From: a virus
Taxonomy: Duplodnaviria; Caudoviricetes
DNA: 64,000 nucleotides
Reading direction: 5' to 3' (one strand)
IMG/VR virus record: IMGVR_UViG_3300005670_000019
Positions 10,147-19,593 of the stretch are shown one piece after another. Under the pieces are notes generated by a model. It did no database searches and was not told the origin of the DNA. It worked only from the letters and a program-made list of their open reading frames with translations. The stretch's first letter is position 1. Every line of letters begins with the position of its first letter. A program made the position numbers and the translations under genes.

Positions 10147-10977
10147 TCAGGCATTGAATGCATAAAAGTTGATATAAACTTCATCGTTCAAACCATAATC
10201 AAGAAGAACAACTCTTCCGTCTGGTGTCTTGCCCCAATGTTCAATTTTCCCCGCGTCGCCCTCTGACAATCCATACTTCTTTCTTGCATATTCAACAGCT
10301 TCTTTATATTTTTTGAACTGTTCAGTTTCTTCTCCGAGATCAGCACGGAGCATTTCAATGTTCAGTTCCAAACTTTTTATATTTTTTTGATAATGTTGAA
10401 TATTCTTTTGTATTTCTTTGATATCTTTGGGATTTTCTGTCAGTTCTAAACTCTTTTGCAAACTGATGATCATTTGTTTTATCATTTCAAGATCATCAAG
10501 ATATGTTTCAAGGCGTCCAAATCGATCCGAACCATCAAAGAGGTCGTAAAAATCAAATCCGGCAATCTTGATGAATTCTTTCGTGGAATTATCAAATTGG
10601 TCCATTGGTTTCACCAAATCGGAAACAAGCCACATCCCTTCAGGATTGTGTTTGTAAACCTTGGCAAGAATGTGAGAAACTTCAGGATCCTGTGACATTT
10701 GTGTTTCGAGTTTGTTTTGGGCGAAACCTGCTTTATTCATTGCAATTTTCAAAACATATCTAGATGATAAAATGTAAACGGCTCGTGAAGATCCTTGACC
10801 TATCTTTTCAAGACTTTCTTTTGCATAATGATTTGCTACTGACCACTTTTCGCTATCAATCTGTTGGAATTCTTTGAAATTGAAGGAACTGTTTTGAGTG
10901 CCTTTTCTGCCTCTCAACTTCTCTTCAATGTCAGTTTGTTCCATTAGTTGCTTAAATCTTTTATCGATAAAATTCAT
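10147..10977 (-). CDS. Protein kinase-like fold protein, paralog 2 (with coiled-coil insertion)
   Basis: IGQGSSRAVY, VLK and HWGKTPDGRVVLLDYG; start placed at MNFIDK to avoid overlap. Confidence 0.75.
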   Translation of the reverse strand: MNFIDKRFKQLMEQTDIEEKLRGRKGTQNSSFNFKEFQQIDSEKWSVANHYAKESLEKIGQGSSRAVYILSSRYVLKIAMNKAGFAQNKLETQMSQDPEVSHILAKVYKHNPEGMWLVSDLVKPMDQFDNSTKEFIKIAGFDFYDLFDGSDRFGRLETYLDDLEMIKQMIISLQKSLELTENPKDIKEIQKNIQHYQKNIKSLELNIEMLRADLGEETEQFKKYKEAVEYARKKYGLSEGDAGKIEHWGKTPDGRVVLLDYGLNDEVYINFYAFNA

Positions 10978-10979
10978 TG

Positions 10980-11678
10980 CTACATTCCTAGATAGTGTTC
11001 GTCCCAAACGTCAAGAGAAAGACCATAGTCTAATAATACAATTCTACCAGAAGCAGTAATTCCCCAATGGTCATCATATGCGATATCGCCTCCATGTAAA
11101 CCGTATTTGATTGCTTCTTGAACGCCCTTGAACGTTTCAAAAAGTTTTTTGAAGTTTATTTTGTTTACATTTTCGCGATATCCTTGTGCCAACTCTTTCA
11201 AAACCGCCTCAGTTGGTACAGTTTTTTTAAAAAGGATTTTGTTCAAAACATAAAAGAAGAAAGTTTTGGTACATCCAAAAGCTCGAAGATAATCTCTGTT
11301 ATGCGCTTCTTTCACAATCTCGCAAACAAGCCATCTATAGTTGCTATCAAAGTCATAAATTTCTGTAAAGATTGACTTCAAATCTGGATTTGTGAAAACT
11401 TCAACTTCATTTTTGTTTTGAGCTACACCCTTCAAAGAAGCTAATCCTATTGGACCTGCTCCAAGAGCGGATTTCAACACAAAACGTGAGGATAAAACGA
11501 AGGCACATCTGGAAGATCCCGCTCCGAGCCATTGAAGCCGTTTTTGAGCATAGGTGTTCGCTTCTTCCATATTGTTTTTTTCTGCAAGTTTTTTGAACTC
11601 ATTCCAATTGAAAGACTTTGAACGAATTTTTTCTAAAAGCGTGTTCTTTTGAACTTGTTTGTAAATCTCATCAAACAT
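10980..11678 (-). CDS. Protein kinase-like fold protein, paralog 3
   Basis: LGAGSSRCAF, VLK and GDIAYDDHWG..GRIVLLDYG. Confidence 0.75.
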   Translation of the reverse strand: MFDEIYKQVQKNTLLEKIRSKSFNWNEFKKLAEKNNMEEANTYAQKRLQWLGAGSSRCAFVLSSRFVLKSALGAGPIGLASLKGVAQNKNEVEVFTNPDLKSIFTEIYDFDSNYRWLVCEIVKEAHNRDYLRAFGCTKTFFFYVLNKILFKKTVPTEAVLKELAQGYRENVNKINFKKLFETFKGVQEAIKYGLHGGDIAYDDHWGITASGRIVLLDYGLSLDVWDEHYLGM

Positions 11679-11679
11679 G

Positions 11680-13068
11680 TCATGCTTTCTTTACGATTGA
11701 TACAGCATCAACAATGCCTGTTGCAATTTCAACTGCCTTTACAGTAGAGGCTGCACCTTCTGCTGTTGCAAGTGCTGCTGATGTTGAGTGCAACAAACCC
11801 GAAATACCTTCTGCCGCAAAATAAACAAGAAGAAGTTTGTAAATGAGTGATTCAACTTTTTGTTTTGCGTGTTGTTTGTTTTGTGAGTAGTCTGCAAATT
11901 CAAGGAATGTCTTTGACGTCTTGAAGCCCTTTGCCCAAGCTTTCTTGTAGATAACATAAGAAAGTCTGTCAGGAATAATTATGTCAATTCCTTTTTCCTC
12001 AATCTTGTGAGCCACATGATATGCATGTTCAATCGCATGAGAAGTTTTTTCAAGACCTAGGAACTTTGAAAACTTGTAAAGACCTTTCAAAAGTAATGGA
12101 ATTCCTCCCATTATTCCAAGAACCAATCCAACAACAGTCGTTACTCCAAGTGCTTCATTCAGCGGTTGTGAAGCTTTGTCTGCGGAGTATTCAGCGATTG
12201 TTTCGTTTAGAATTCCTGTAAGTTGAATTGCAAAAGCTTCTTGAACACCTCTTTGGTTCTGAGGAACTTGCTGTCCTTGATTTACAACGTTACTTACCTG
12301 AGCTTTCAATCCATTTATTTCTTGTGAAGCTTCTTTGACTTTATTTGTAAGGTTTTGAGCAATTTGCATTGTGTTATCAATGGGAAACTTTTCACCCGTT
12401 TCCTTTTCAGCTTCATTTTTTATATCAACAATGAATTGAAGTTGAGGTTTCAACTTTGCAAGTTCAGGAGCTTTCTTTTGAATAATGCCTGATAGATTTG
12501 CGACAGCCGAACGCAACGCTCCTTGAACTTTCTCCCAACCTTGGCTTACACCTTGTTTTGCAGAAGCAACAGCTTTTTTGATTAGGTCAACAAGACCTTC
12601 ATTTAGATTTTCTTTCTTTGTCATTGTGCCTCCTACCAATTTCAAACTCTTTATCGCTGATGGATCCCAAATGCATCCTGATGCAACGTCCCAAGGATAG
12701 TACCATGACATTTCCAGTCTCATACTGTGAATATATGGGCAAATTTCAATGCCTGAATATTGACTAGCTACTTTTTTCCAATCTGGCGTCAGAGCATATT
12801 TTGGAATTTTAGATCCAGAATTCATTCCAAAATTTCTTACAAAATCTTTTAGTTCTTTCTCACTGCGAATCGTCAGTATTTTTGAATAATCAACTTCAAT
12901 TTGATAGATGTATTTTTTTGGGATTTTGTAACCTTCTGCTTTTGCCCAGTTTTCCCAATCATCTCCACAAGAATACCAAAAACCATCCGGTTTAGGTGGA
13001 AAATTATTTGTTTGCTCCGCAGCGCGGACCCGTTCAATAGGTTTTGGTGAAAAGTGTAAAAGTTTCAT
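11680..13068 (-). CDS. Two-module protein: possible ART-like N domain plus helical/hydrophobic C domain
   Basis: LLHFS..KPDGFWYS..WDVASGCIWD N module; in-frame ATG 12624 with GGAGG; LNE sites; hydrophobic segments near the C terminus. Confidence 0.55.
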   Translation of the reverse strand: MKLLHFSPKPIERVRAAEQTNNFPPKPDGFWYSCGDDWENWAKAEGYKIPKKYIYQIEVDYSKILTIRSEKELKDFVRNFGMNSGSKIPKYALTPDWKKVASQYSGIEICPYIHSMRLEMSWYYPWDVASGCIWDPSAIKSLKLVGGTMTKKENLNEGLVDLIKKAVASAKQGVSQGWEKVQGALRSAVANLSGIIQKKAPELAKLKPQLQFIVDIKNEAEKETGEKFPIDNTMQIAQNLTNKVKEASQEINGLKAQVSNVVNQGQQVPQNQRGVQEAFAIQLTGILNETIAEYSADKASQPLNEALGVTTVVGLVLGIMGGIPLLLKGLYKFSKFLGLEKTSHAIEHAYHVAHKIEEKGIDIIIPDRLSYVIYKKAWAKGFKTSKTFLEFADYSQNKQHAKQKVESLIYKLLLVYFAAEGISGLLHSTSAALATAEGAASTVKAVEIATGIVDAVSIVKKA

Positions 13069-13074
13069 TTTTCC

Positions 13075-13785
13075 TCAATCATCGCTGTAAATAAATGGAG
13101 TTGACTCATTGTCAAATGTATTTGTTTCATCTGGCTTTTCATCATCCAGAACAATTTCTCTTGGACCTTCACCGAGAGCAATAGGAGCCATTTCTCCTGC
13201 AAGTCTATCTCTGATTTGTCTGAAGTCATTTGTTTCTTCATTGTTTGGAGTTACAGGAAGACCTCTTTGCTGACTCCAAGTTTTTTCAACGTCACTATTT
13301 GCAAACTCCTTGGCATCGACAGAAGGTCCATTGAAGTTTTTAGGATTGAAGACGTCAGAAGAAACAGTTTTTGCAATAATCTTATATCCGTTCTCATACT
13401 CTTCTTGACCATACAAATTAGAGAGTTGAACATAAGAAACGATTTCAAATGCACTATCACCATAAGTGAAGAAATCTCCCTCACTTATTTTTATATCTTT
13501 GTCCATCAAATCTCTTGCTTGTAAAAACAGTTCAAGAGTTGTATCAATGGAAGAACCAAAGATATCAGCAACACTTTCCTTTTTTGGTTGTCCGATCAAA
13601 CAATCAAGTTTGACTGGAGACTTGAAAACCTTTTTGATAGCTTCCTGATAAACAGGATGTGTTTGTGTTCGTTCAACATCAACAGCGTAATAGTAGATGT
13701 ATTGACCAATAACATCCTTGATCAATTCTTTTGTGATATCATTGATGAATGCAATCTCTTTACGTGTTATGAATAAACGAGCCAT
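13075..13785 (-). CDS. Neck/head-closure protein (gp14-like)
   Basis: ELIKDVIGQYIYYY..VYQEA..EGDF motifs; near the gp13-like gene. Confidence 0.75.
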   Translation of the reverse strand: MARLFITRKEIAFINDITKELIKDVIGQYIYYYAVDVERTQTHPVYQEAIKKVFKSPVKLDCLIGQPKKESVADIFGSSIDTTLELFLQARDLMDKDIKISEGDFFTYGDSAFEIVSYVQLSNLYGQEEYENGYKIIAKTVSSDVFNPKNFNGPSVDAKEFANSDVEKTWSQQRGLPVTPNNEETNDFRQIRDRLAGEMAPIALGEGPREIVLDDEKPDETNTFDNESTPFIYSDD

Positions 13786-13799
13786 GACATTTCAACCTA

Positions 13800-14231
13800 T
13801 CAGTGAACAGGTGTTGTATTGTAGTGGAGATTCAAAAGTCTTCTTGAAGCAGAACCAACTGATCCACCAACGATTTGAAGAATTGCAATCAATCCTCTTT
13901 CATCAATACCTTGTTTTTTTGCTTCGTCTTCAATTGCACGAAATAGATGACCAAGTTTTGCGTCGTCATGGAAATTTTCCTGATTGACAAACTGCTGCAT
14001 TGGTTTCTTCATTTTTGCACGAAGTTCAACAGCTTTTTGTCCCTTTGGGTCTTGTCCCTTGGTTATGTTTACCAACATTCTTGCTGCTTCTCTATAAGGA
14101 GCCAATTCTTTTTCTTTGGCTGCACCTGGCACTGGAGCAGGTTGTTTTCCTTGAGGACTTTGAGGTTGAGCTTGAGGAGAAGTTGGTTGAACTTCTCTTT
14201 CAAAGATTAATTGTTTGATTGTTTTCATCAC
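13800..14231 (-). CDS. Hypothetical protein with KTIKQLIFE leader
   Basis: ATGA overlap with the neck gene; shared leader motif. Confidence 0.65.
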   Translation of the reverse strand: MMKTIKQLIFEREVQPTSPQAQPQSPQGKQPAPVPGAAKEKELAPYREAARMLVNITKGQDPKGQKAVELRAKMKKPMQQFVNQENFHDDAKLGHLFRAIEDEAKKQGIDERGLIAILQIVGGSVGSASRRLLNLHYNTTPVH

Positions 14232-15496
14232 TCTCTCCTAATTGCATATTTTGCAGGAAATGGAAGATACTGCAATTGCTTTTGAATGTTCTCTGCCTTT
14301 TGAGCTTCTCTTTCGGCAAGCTTGTCGTATGTAAGTTCATTCAATCTTCCATACAATCCAGTTGTGTCAGAATTCAACAACTTATCTTTGTCTTCTCTGC
14401 CTTGTTGGACAAGATCACTTCCATCCAAATCTACTTGACTTTCTGGAATTGGAATAGTCTTCATCTTTGAACGAACGCGTCCAAGCATTTCTGTACAAAT
14501 TGCCAAAGCATATTGAAAAATCCAATTTCTTGCCCAAGGGTTCAATGACTTGTAATCTATCAAACCAAATGGAATATTGGCAGGGTTGTTTGCTCCATAA
14601 AGTGTGTCAAGCTCTATTGGATTACTTCCTGAAATACCAATACCCACTCCAGAGCCGGAAAGAGGCATTCCAATGATGCCAGGAGCAACAGATGAAGGAA
14701 AGGAGACACGAATCCACAATTTGTCATTGAAGGTTGGCACCAGATTGTTTGGAACTGGGTAAATCCTAATCTTTCTTCCTGTGACACGGAAACTGTAATG
14801 AGATCGTCTTATTTTTTGTGCAGTTTCAAGCATTCCACCACGAAGAGCGTCTTCGAAAACTGGGAGGACATAGAAACGTGTATCTGGAATATAACTTTCA
14901 ACAGGCATACCAGAAGCAATGAAGTTGCTTGCAAGATTTGAATTGAAAGCATATTGAACAGGTGTGTCATGAAAGACTTCCAATATTTTCATTCTTCCAA
15001 CACTTTCACTTGGTTGGTAGTTGGTAAGAGGAATATTGTTTTGATCCACAAGGTCAGTGTATAAATCGTAATCTTGTTGACCTGTTCTAAGAGTTATAGA
15101 ACCAGAATAACTTTCTTGACTTTGACCATAACCAATTTCAGCAGCATAAGGTTCAGCAAGTCTTGTAAGAAATTCGAAGTTCGGAAAAGTGTAAACGTTT
15201 GTAAGGTTGATAGTTGAATAATAGTTGTTTGAACTATCAAGGGAACCAGTATTTGTACCAAGAAGACTGGTGAGGTCAGATTTGGCTCTATATTCAATAA
15301 TGGCAGCATTGAATGCCATGGTAGCTTCTTCTAAAGCTGACCAAATCATCTTCTTTGTAAGCTCAACGGAAAGAACATCTTCACCTAAACGTCTCAAAAC
15401 AAAGATGACCAACTTATCAGCATCATTTTGATAAGCTGGATCGGAGTCCCAGTAGCCGAACGGACACGGATTTTGTGTTTGAATAAACGAAGGCAT
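14228..15496 (-). CDS. Neck/head-tail adaptor (gp13-like)
   Basis: PFGYWD..RRLGEDVLSVELT..WIFQYALA..LGRVRSK..LDG; ATG 15496 overlaps the upstream stop (TAATG). Confidence 0.82.
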   Translation of the reverse strand: MPSFIQTQNPCPFGYWDSDPAYQNDADKLVIFVLRRLGEDVLSVELTKKMIWSALEEATMAFNAAIIEYRAKSDLTSLLGTNTGSLDSSNNYYSTINLTNVYTFPNFEFLTRLAEPYAAEIGYGQSQESYSGSITLRTGQQDYDLYTDLVDQNNIPLTNYQPSESVGRMKILEVFHDTPVQYAFNSNLASNFIASGMPVESYIPDTRFYVLPVFEDALRGGMLETAQKIRRSHYSFRVTGRKIRIYPVPNNLVPTFNDKLWIRVSFPSSVAPGIIGMPLSGSGVGIGISGSNPIELDTLYGANNPANIPFGLIDYKSLNPWARNWIFQYALAICTEMLGRVRSKMKTIPIPESQVDLDGSDLVQQGREDKDKLLNSDTTGLYGRLNELTYDKLAEREAQKAENIQKQLQYLPFPAKYAIRRE

Positions 15497-16209
15497 TATA
15501 ACAATCTCCATCCTTTGTGAGAATTCGCTTTACCACATAAAACTCTACCCAAATTTGCTTTATCTAATCCATGCATTTTGCAAAATTCAGAAAGGTTCCT
15601 TTGTAAAATCACTTTTTCACCCTCTGGATTTACTAGCCAGATGTTGTATTCTTTTGCTCGGATCAAAGACACTCGTTCATATAACCATTTCACGTATTCT
15701 GGATTTTCTCTTTGTTTCTTTGCGCTTTCTGACTTTATTTTTCGCGCCCTTTCACTTTTATTCCACTCTATAACTTTTTCATGTCCAAACCTTTTCTCTT
15801 TGTGTTGTTTCTTTGCACATTCTTTCAATTTTGAAAGTCCACTTTCGCTCATTGATGGCACAATTGCGATAGAAGAAAGATTTAGACAGTTTGTGTCTTT
15901 GTAGTGAAAATCTAAAAGTTCTTGCTCTTTTTCGAAAGCTTCCTGACGATTAGAACAATAAATGAAAAACTCCTTTATCTCGTCTTTATATTTTTGACAA
16001 ACTCTTGAAAACCATGAATTGTTATGTTTGTTCTTTTTGACGTCACAAAAATGTTGATTTATTCTATGGGAACATTTGTTGCTTGAACCAATATAGAAAT
16101 ATTTTTTAGCAAATACAAGTATGTATACACCTGGTAGATTGCACCTGTCCAAAGAGACATTCCAATATCCCCAAGGTGTCGGGTTCATTGTTTGGATGAA
16201 TGTAGGCAT
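15496..16209 (-). mobile_element. GIY-YIG homing endonuclease fused to a copy of the neck-gene 5' end
   Basis: GVY..FYIGSS..RI.QH..HNN..EQ..N; C-terminal FCKMHGL..HKGW; first 16 aa resemble the neck N-terminus. Confidence 0.85.
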
Positions 16210-16253
16210 ACGATAGATAAATAGCTATGAATTTCTTAGCCATGTCGCTTTAT

Positions 16254-16282
16254 TTGAGAAAAATGCCCAGGTGTGCTATCCT
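16254..16282 (+). promoter_or_regulatory. Sigma70-type promoter TTGAGA-N17-TATCCT
   Basis: TG-extended -10; ATG 16289 lies 6 nt downstream. Confidence 0.6.
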
Positions 16283-16288
16283 TGTTAC

Positions 16289-16807
16289 ATGAGGAGATTG
16301 CACATATTTGATTTTGATGATACCTTGGCGAAAACCTCGAACATTGTGCGTGTTCGGAAGGGTAATGGCTCAGTCATCGAACTAAATTCACAAGACTATC
16401 TCACTTATCAAAAAGAAGAAGAAGATATTTTTGATTTCACTGACTTTAGAGAGCCCCGCGATGCAGACAAGATTGATGAAATTGTAAACATCCTTGTACA
16501 GGCTGTAAAGAAAGATGGAATTAACTCCGTTGTCATTCTAACAGCGAGAACTACGGATGTGCCTGTAGTTCACTTTCTAAAACAACATGACCTTCCACCT
16601 GTGCAAATCATGCCTGTGGGAAGGGAGCATATGCATTCTCATCCTACAGATAAAGCCATTTGGATTTCGTGGGTTATCGAAAAGTTCAAAATAAATGAGG
16701 TCATCTTTTATGATGACCATCCAGGGAATATTGAAGCTGTAAAAAAGTTGTGTCACTCAAACACTAAGATTGTGACTCATCTCATCAAAACAAAATCGCC
16801 AATTTGA
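16289..16807 (+). CDS. HAD-superfamily phosphatase (Pnkp 3'-phosphatase-like)
   Basis: IFDFDDTL, ILTAR, K and FYDD: all four HAD motifs. Confidence 0.8.
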   Translation: MRRLHIFDFDDTLAKTSNIVRVRKGNGSVIELNSQDYLTYQKEEEDIFDFTDFREPRDADKIDEIVNILVQAVKKDGINSVVILTARTTDVPVVHFLKQHDLPPVQIMPVGREHMHSHPTDKAIWISWVIEKFKINEVIFYDDHPGNIEAVKKLCHSNTKIVTHLIKTKSPI

Positions 16808-17124
16808 ATGGAATTTCTTTTACACCAACCACTTCGAACCTCAAGAACATATTTTGAGTTTGGAACAAGGTGACTTTTTTCGTTATTTGCTTTCAAAGTT
16901 CCAATATGAACAACATCAAGTGTTGCTGAAAGTCCTATAACATCTAGGTCAAATGGAACGTTTTTCATCCAAAAAGAATGGGTTTCTTGACTTGGGAATA
17001 CGAACATCAACCCTTCATGATCTTTGGGCTCTGTTCCAAACATAAAACCCTTTGTTCTTTCTTCTGGCGAAAGAAGAAGTTTTAGTTTGAGAGGATTACC
17101 ATTGATAGATACTTCAATCTTCAT
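16777..17124 (-). CDS. DUF192 family protein
   Basis: KGFMF..GLMFVF..FWMKNVPFDLDVI..YVLEV..G. Confidence 0.85.
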   Translation of the reverse strand: MKIEVSINGNPLKLKLLLSPEERTKGFMFGTEPKDHEGLMFVFPSQETHSFWMKNVPFDLDVIGLSATLDVVHIGTLKANNEKSHLVPNSKYVLEVRSGWCKRNSIQIGDFVLMR

Positions 17125-17261
17125 AAGAGTAAGTATCACTTCATCTTCTTTGAATGACCTCGAATGAGCCACCTAAAAATGTGTGCATACCAAGGCTCAG
17201 GTTTTCCAATCCTTCTTACAAGTTCTTGTTCTTCCATACAATAAAGTATAAGAAAAATCTC

Positions 17262-17290
17262 TTGAAATTCCAACCAAAACCCAGTATTCT
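17262..17290 (+). promoter_or_regulatory. Sigma70-type promoter TTGAAA-N17-TATTCT
   Basis: Directly upstream of ATG 17299. Confidence 0.65.
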
Positions 17291-17298
17291 ATATCTAT

Positions 17299-18015
17299 AT
17301 GGCTAACAGAATTCAAACATCATTCGACAAACAAATTTTCTTCTTATTTCCGAAGGATGCTGATGAAGTTGAACTTGAAACATTCAAAATCTCAGCAACC
17401 CAAAAAGAGAGATCCAGTTCATATTGGCGAACAAAATATAACCAATTTACGATTTTTGAAAAAGAATCTTTGGATCAAGAGGGTAATCCTATTTGGAGAT
17501 CAATTGGAATAATTGATGAAGGTTATTTTAGTGAATACTTTTTGTCGGACACGACGAGGCTTTATGCTCGACAAGACGAGAATACCGGAGCCAGTATTCT
17601 TCCTGAAAAGAAGAAGAAGTTGATTGCGGAAATCAATCAACATATCGAAAAGCAACGAAGGGAGAGGAACAAAATCCTTCAAAAGGAACGTAAACAAAAG
17701 AACGAAGCACTTGCTAAGTCGAAGGGTCTTTCGGTTGAAGATTTCATGTTCCAAAAGAAAGTCCAGAGAATGTCAAAAACTCAGGACAAGAATGTGGAAA
17801 AGTTGAAGAAGCAGGTTTCTCTTGTATTCAAATACAATGATGAGCTTGATAAGCTAGAAAAAGAAATCGCAAAGGCAAGAGAAGTTCTTGGAACAATTGA
17901 ACTTGAAAAACTTGCACTTCGCGATAATATGCACCAGTTTCAATGGAAAATTCGTGACATGAAAAATGCTTTGAGTTACTATATCAAACTCAAAAATGAC
18001 GAGGAAAAGAAATGA
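17299..18015 (+). CDS. Hypothetical coiled-coil protein
   Basis: 238-aa ORF; shares the A..G(L/I)(S/T)V...F..K motif with the next ORF. Confidence 0.75.
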   Translation: MANRIQTSFDKQIFFLFPKDADEVELETFKISATQKERSSSYWRTKYNQFTIFEKESLDQEGNPIWRSIGIIDEGYFSEYFLSDTTRLYARQDENTGASILPEKKKKLIAEINQHIEKQRRERNKILQKERKQKNEALAKSKGLSVEDFMFQKKVQRMSKTQDKNVEKLKKQVSLVFKYNDELDKLEKEIAKAREVLGTIELEKLALRDNMHQFQWKIRDMKNALSYYIKLKNDEEKK

Positions 18016-18767
18016 GTCATTATTCTAGCGGATATGATACCTATTCCTCAGCTTTGTTGCCTGACCTGAACTTTGGAGAATATGAAATTGTTAGAGTTTC
18101 TCCAAAATATCTTCTCCTTTGTACAAAGGAAGGAAGTTGGTATGGTCAATCGTACAACCTCGAAAAAGAAGAGTTTGTAACTCTTCCAAAAGAACTTTCA
18201 GCAATCAGGTCGAAGCTCGGTGCGGACTATCAAATAATTGTTATCAAATCAGAAGAAGACCCAACACTGAGAGATTTAGCAAGTCTCAAATGGCAAAACA
18301 AATTCGTTGGAACAGTTTATGATTCTTACAGCATATTTTGGAGTCTGAAACGTGGCAACAGCCAACAGCAAGAAGTTCATGAACACATTTTAGAATATGT
18401 TCGTGAAAAAGCAAAGAAAGTTCAAAGAGAAGCTGCAAAACAAAAGCGTCTTGCAGATAAAGTCGAAGCAAATAGACTTGGGATTACTGTAAGTGAACTT
18501 CGTTTCCGTCGCAAATCAGCAAAAGTTGATCAGGTAAATGAAGTTGTAAGAGCACGACTTACAGCAGAGCTTTCACGCTCAATGAGTATTTGTGAAGCAA
18601 TGAGAAAAACAATTTCTCAACTTGAAAAAACTTGTGAAAAGTTGGAAACTGCTGATTGGAATGAACTTCAAGTTCGTTGGGACGATAAACTAAAAGAACA
18701 ATTACAAGCAGTTGAAAAACTACTTCCAAAAGTTTCCAAGTTGAAGAGTGAAAGAAAGAATAAATGA
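18012..18767 (+). CDS. Hypothetical coiled-coil protein (probable paralog of the previous gene)
   Basis: 251-aa ORF; ATGA overlaps on both sides. Confidence 0.75.
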   Translation: MSHYSSGYDTYSSALLPDLNFGEYEIVRVSPKYLLLCTKEGSWYGQSYNLEKEEFVTLPKELSAIRSKLGADYQIIVIKSEEDPTLRDLASLKWQNKFVGTVYDSYSIFWSLKRGNSQQQEVHEHILEYVREKAKKVQREAAKQKRLADKVEANRLGITVSELRFRRKSAKVDQVNEVVRARLTAELSRSMSICEAMRKTISQLEKTCEKLETADWNELQVRWDDKLKEQLQAVEKLLPKVSKLKSERKNK

Positions 18768-19591
18768 GTAAAACTGACAGGCTATCTCTCGGAGATAGAA
18801 TGAAATCTTATGAAAGAGTTTGGACACAAACTCTTCCTATGCGAATGCCTCTTATTATCCGTTTGGATGGCAAAGCTTTTCATTCCTATACGACTCATGC
18901 TGAGAAACCTTTTGATGATCACTTAATGAAGGTTCTCGATGAAACAACTCAGATCCTTATGAAAGAAATCTCTGGAGCGATGATTGCATACGTTCAGAGT
19001 GATGAAGTTTCAATTCTTGTAAACTCATATAGAAACCATGAGGAACAGCCATGGTTTGCAAATGAACTTCCAAAGATTCTTTCTGTTTCAGCCGGAATGA
19101 TGTCAGCTCATTTTACGGCTAAAAGCTATCAGATTTGGCAAAAGAACTCAGAAATGATTGAGTCAATCAAGAAGACATATCCCGAAGATCAAAGAAACGG
19201 AGTTCTTATTTCAGACCTTTATCGTCCCGCTGTTTTTGATTCTAGAGCATTTGTAATGCCAGAGAATGATGTTTCAAACTATTTTCTTTGGAGACAAAGA
19301 GACTGTATTCGAAACAGTGTCAATACCGTTGCGAGAGAATACTTTTCTCAAAAACAACTCTTCAAAAAGAGCACAGACGAAGTAAAGAAGATGCTCCTTG
19401 AGAAGGATGTTGATTTGGATGACCAAGAAGCTTGGGAGCCTTATTACACCAGAGGGCGTTGTATCTTTAGAACACCTTCTCAAATCTCAGACAATGTTTA
19501 TCGTAATGTTCTATCTGTTGATAGAAAAATCCCGGTCTTTTCAGAAAACCGGGATTACATAAACAGATTTCTTTCGATGAAAGATGAGTGA
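18764..19591 (+). CDS. thg1: tRNA-His guanylyltransferase / Thg1-like 3'-5' polymerase
   Basis: RMKSYE, IRLDGKAFH, YVQSDEVS, FDSRAF and YFLWRQRDC motifs. Confidence 0.92.
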   Translation: MSKTDRLSLGDRMKSYERVWTQTLPMRMPLIIRLDGKAFHSYTTHAEKPFDDHLMKVLDETTQILMKEISGAMIAYVQSDEVSILVNSYRNHEEQPWFANELPKILSVSAGMMSAHFTAKSYQIWQKNSEMIESIKKTYPEDQRNGVLISDLYRPAVFDSRAFVMPENDVSNYFLWRQRDCIRNSVNTVAREYFSQKQLFKKSTDEVKKMLLEKDVDLDDQEAWEPYYTRGRCIFRTPSQISDNVYRNVLSVDRKIPVFSENRDYINRFLSMKDE

Positions 19592-19593
19592 AA

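Noticed and set aside
14228-16209. Group I intron or intein in the neck gene
   Set aside because: No non-coding space for a ribozyme core, no intein termini, and the downstream gene has its own complete start.
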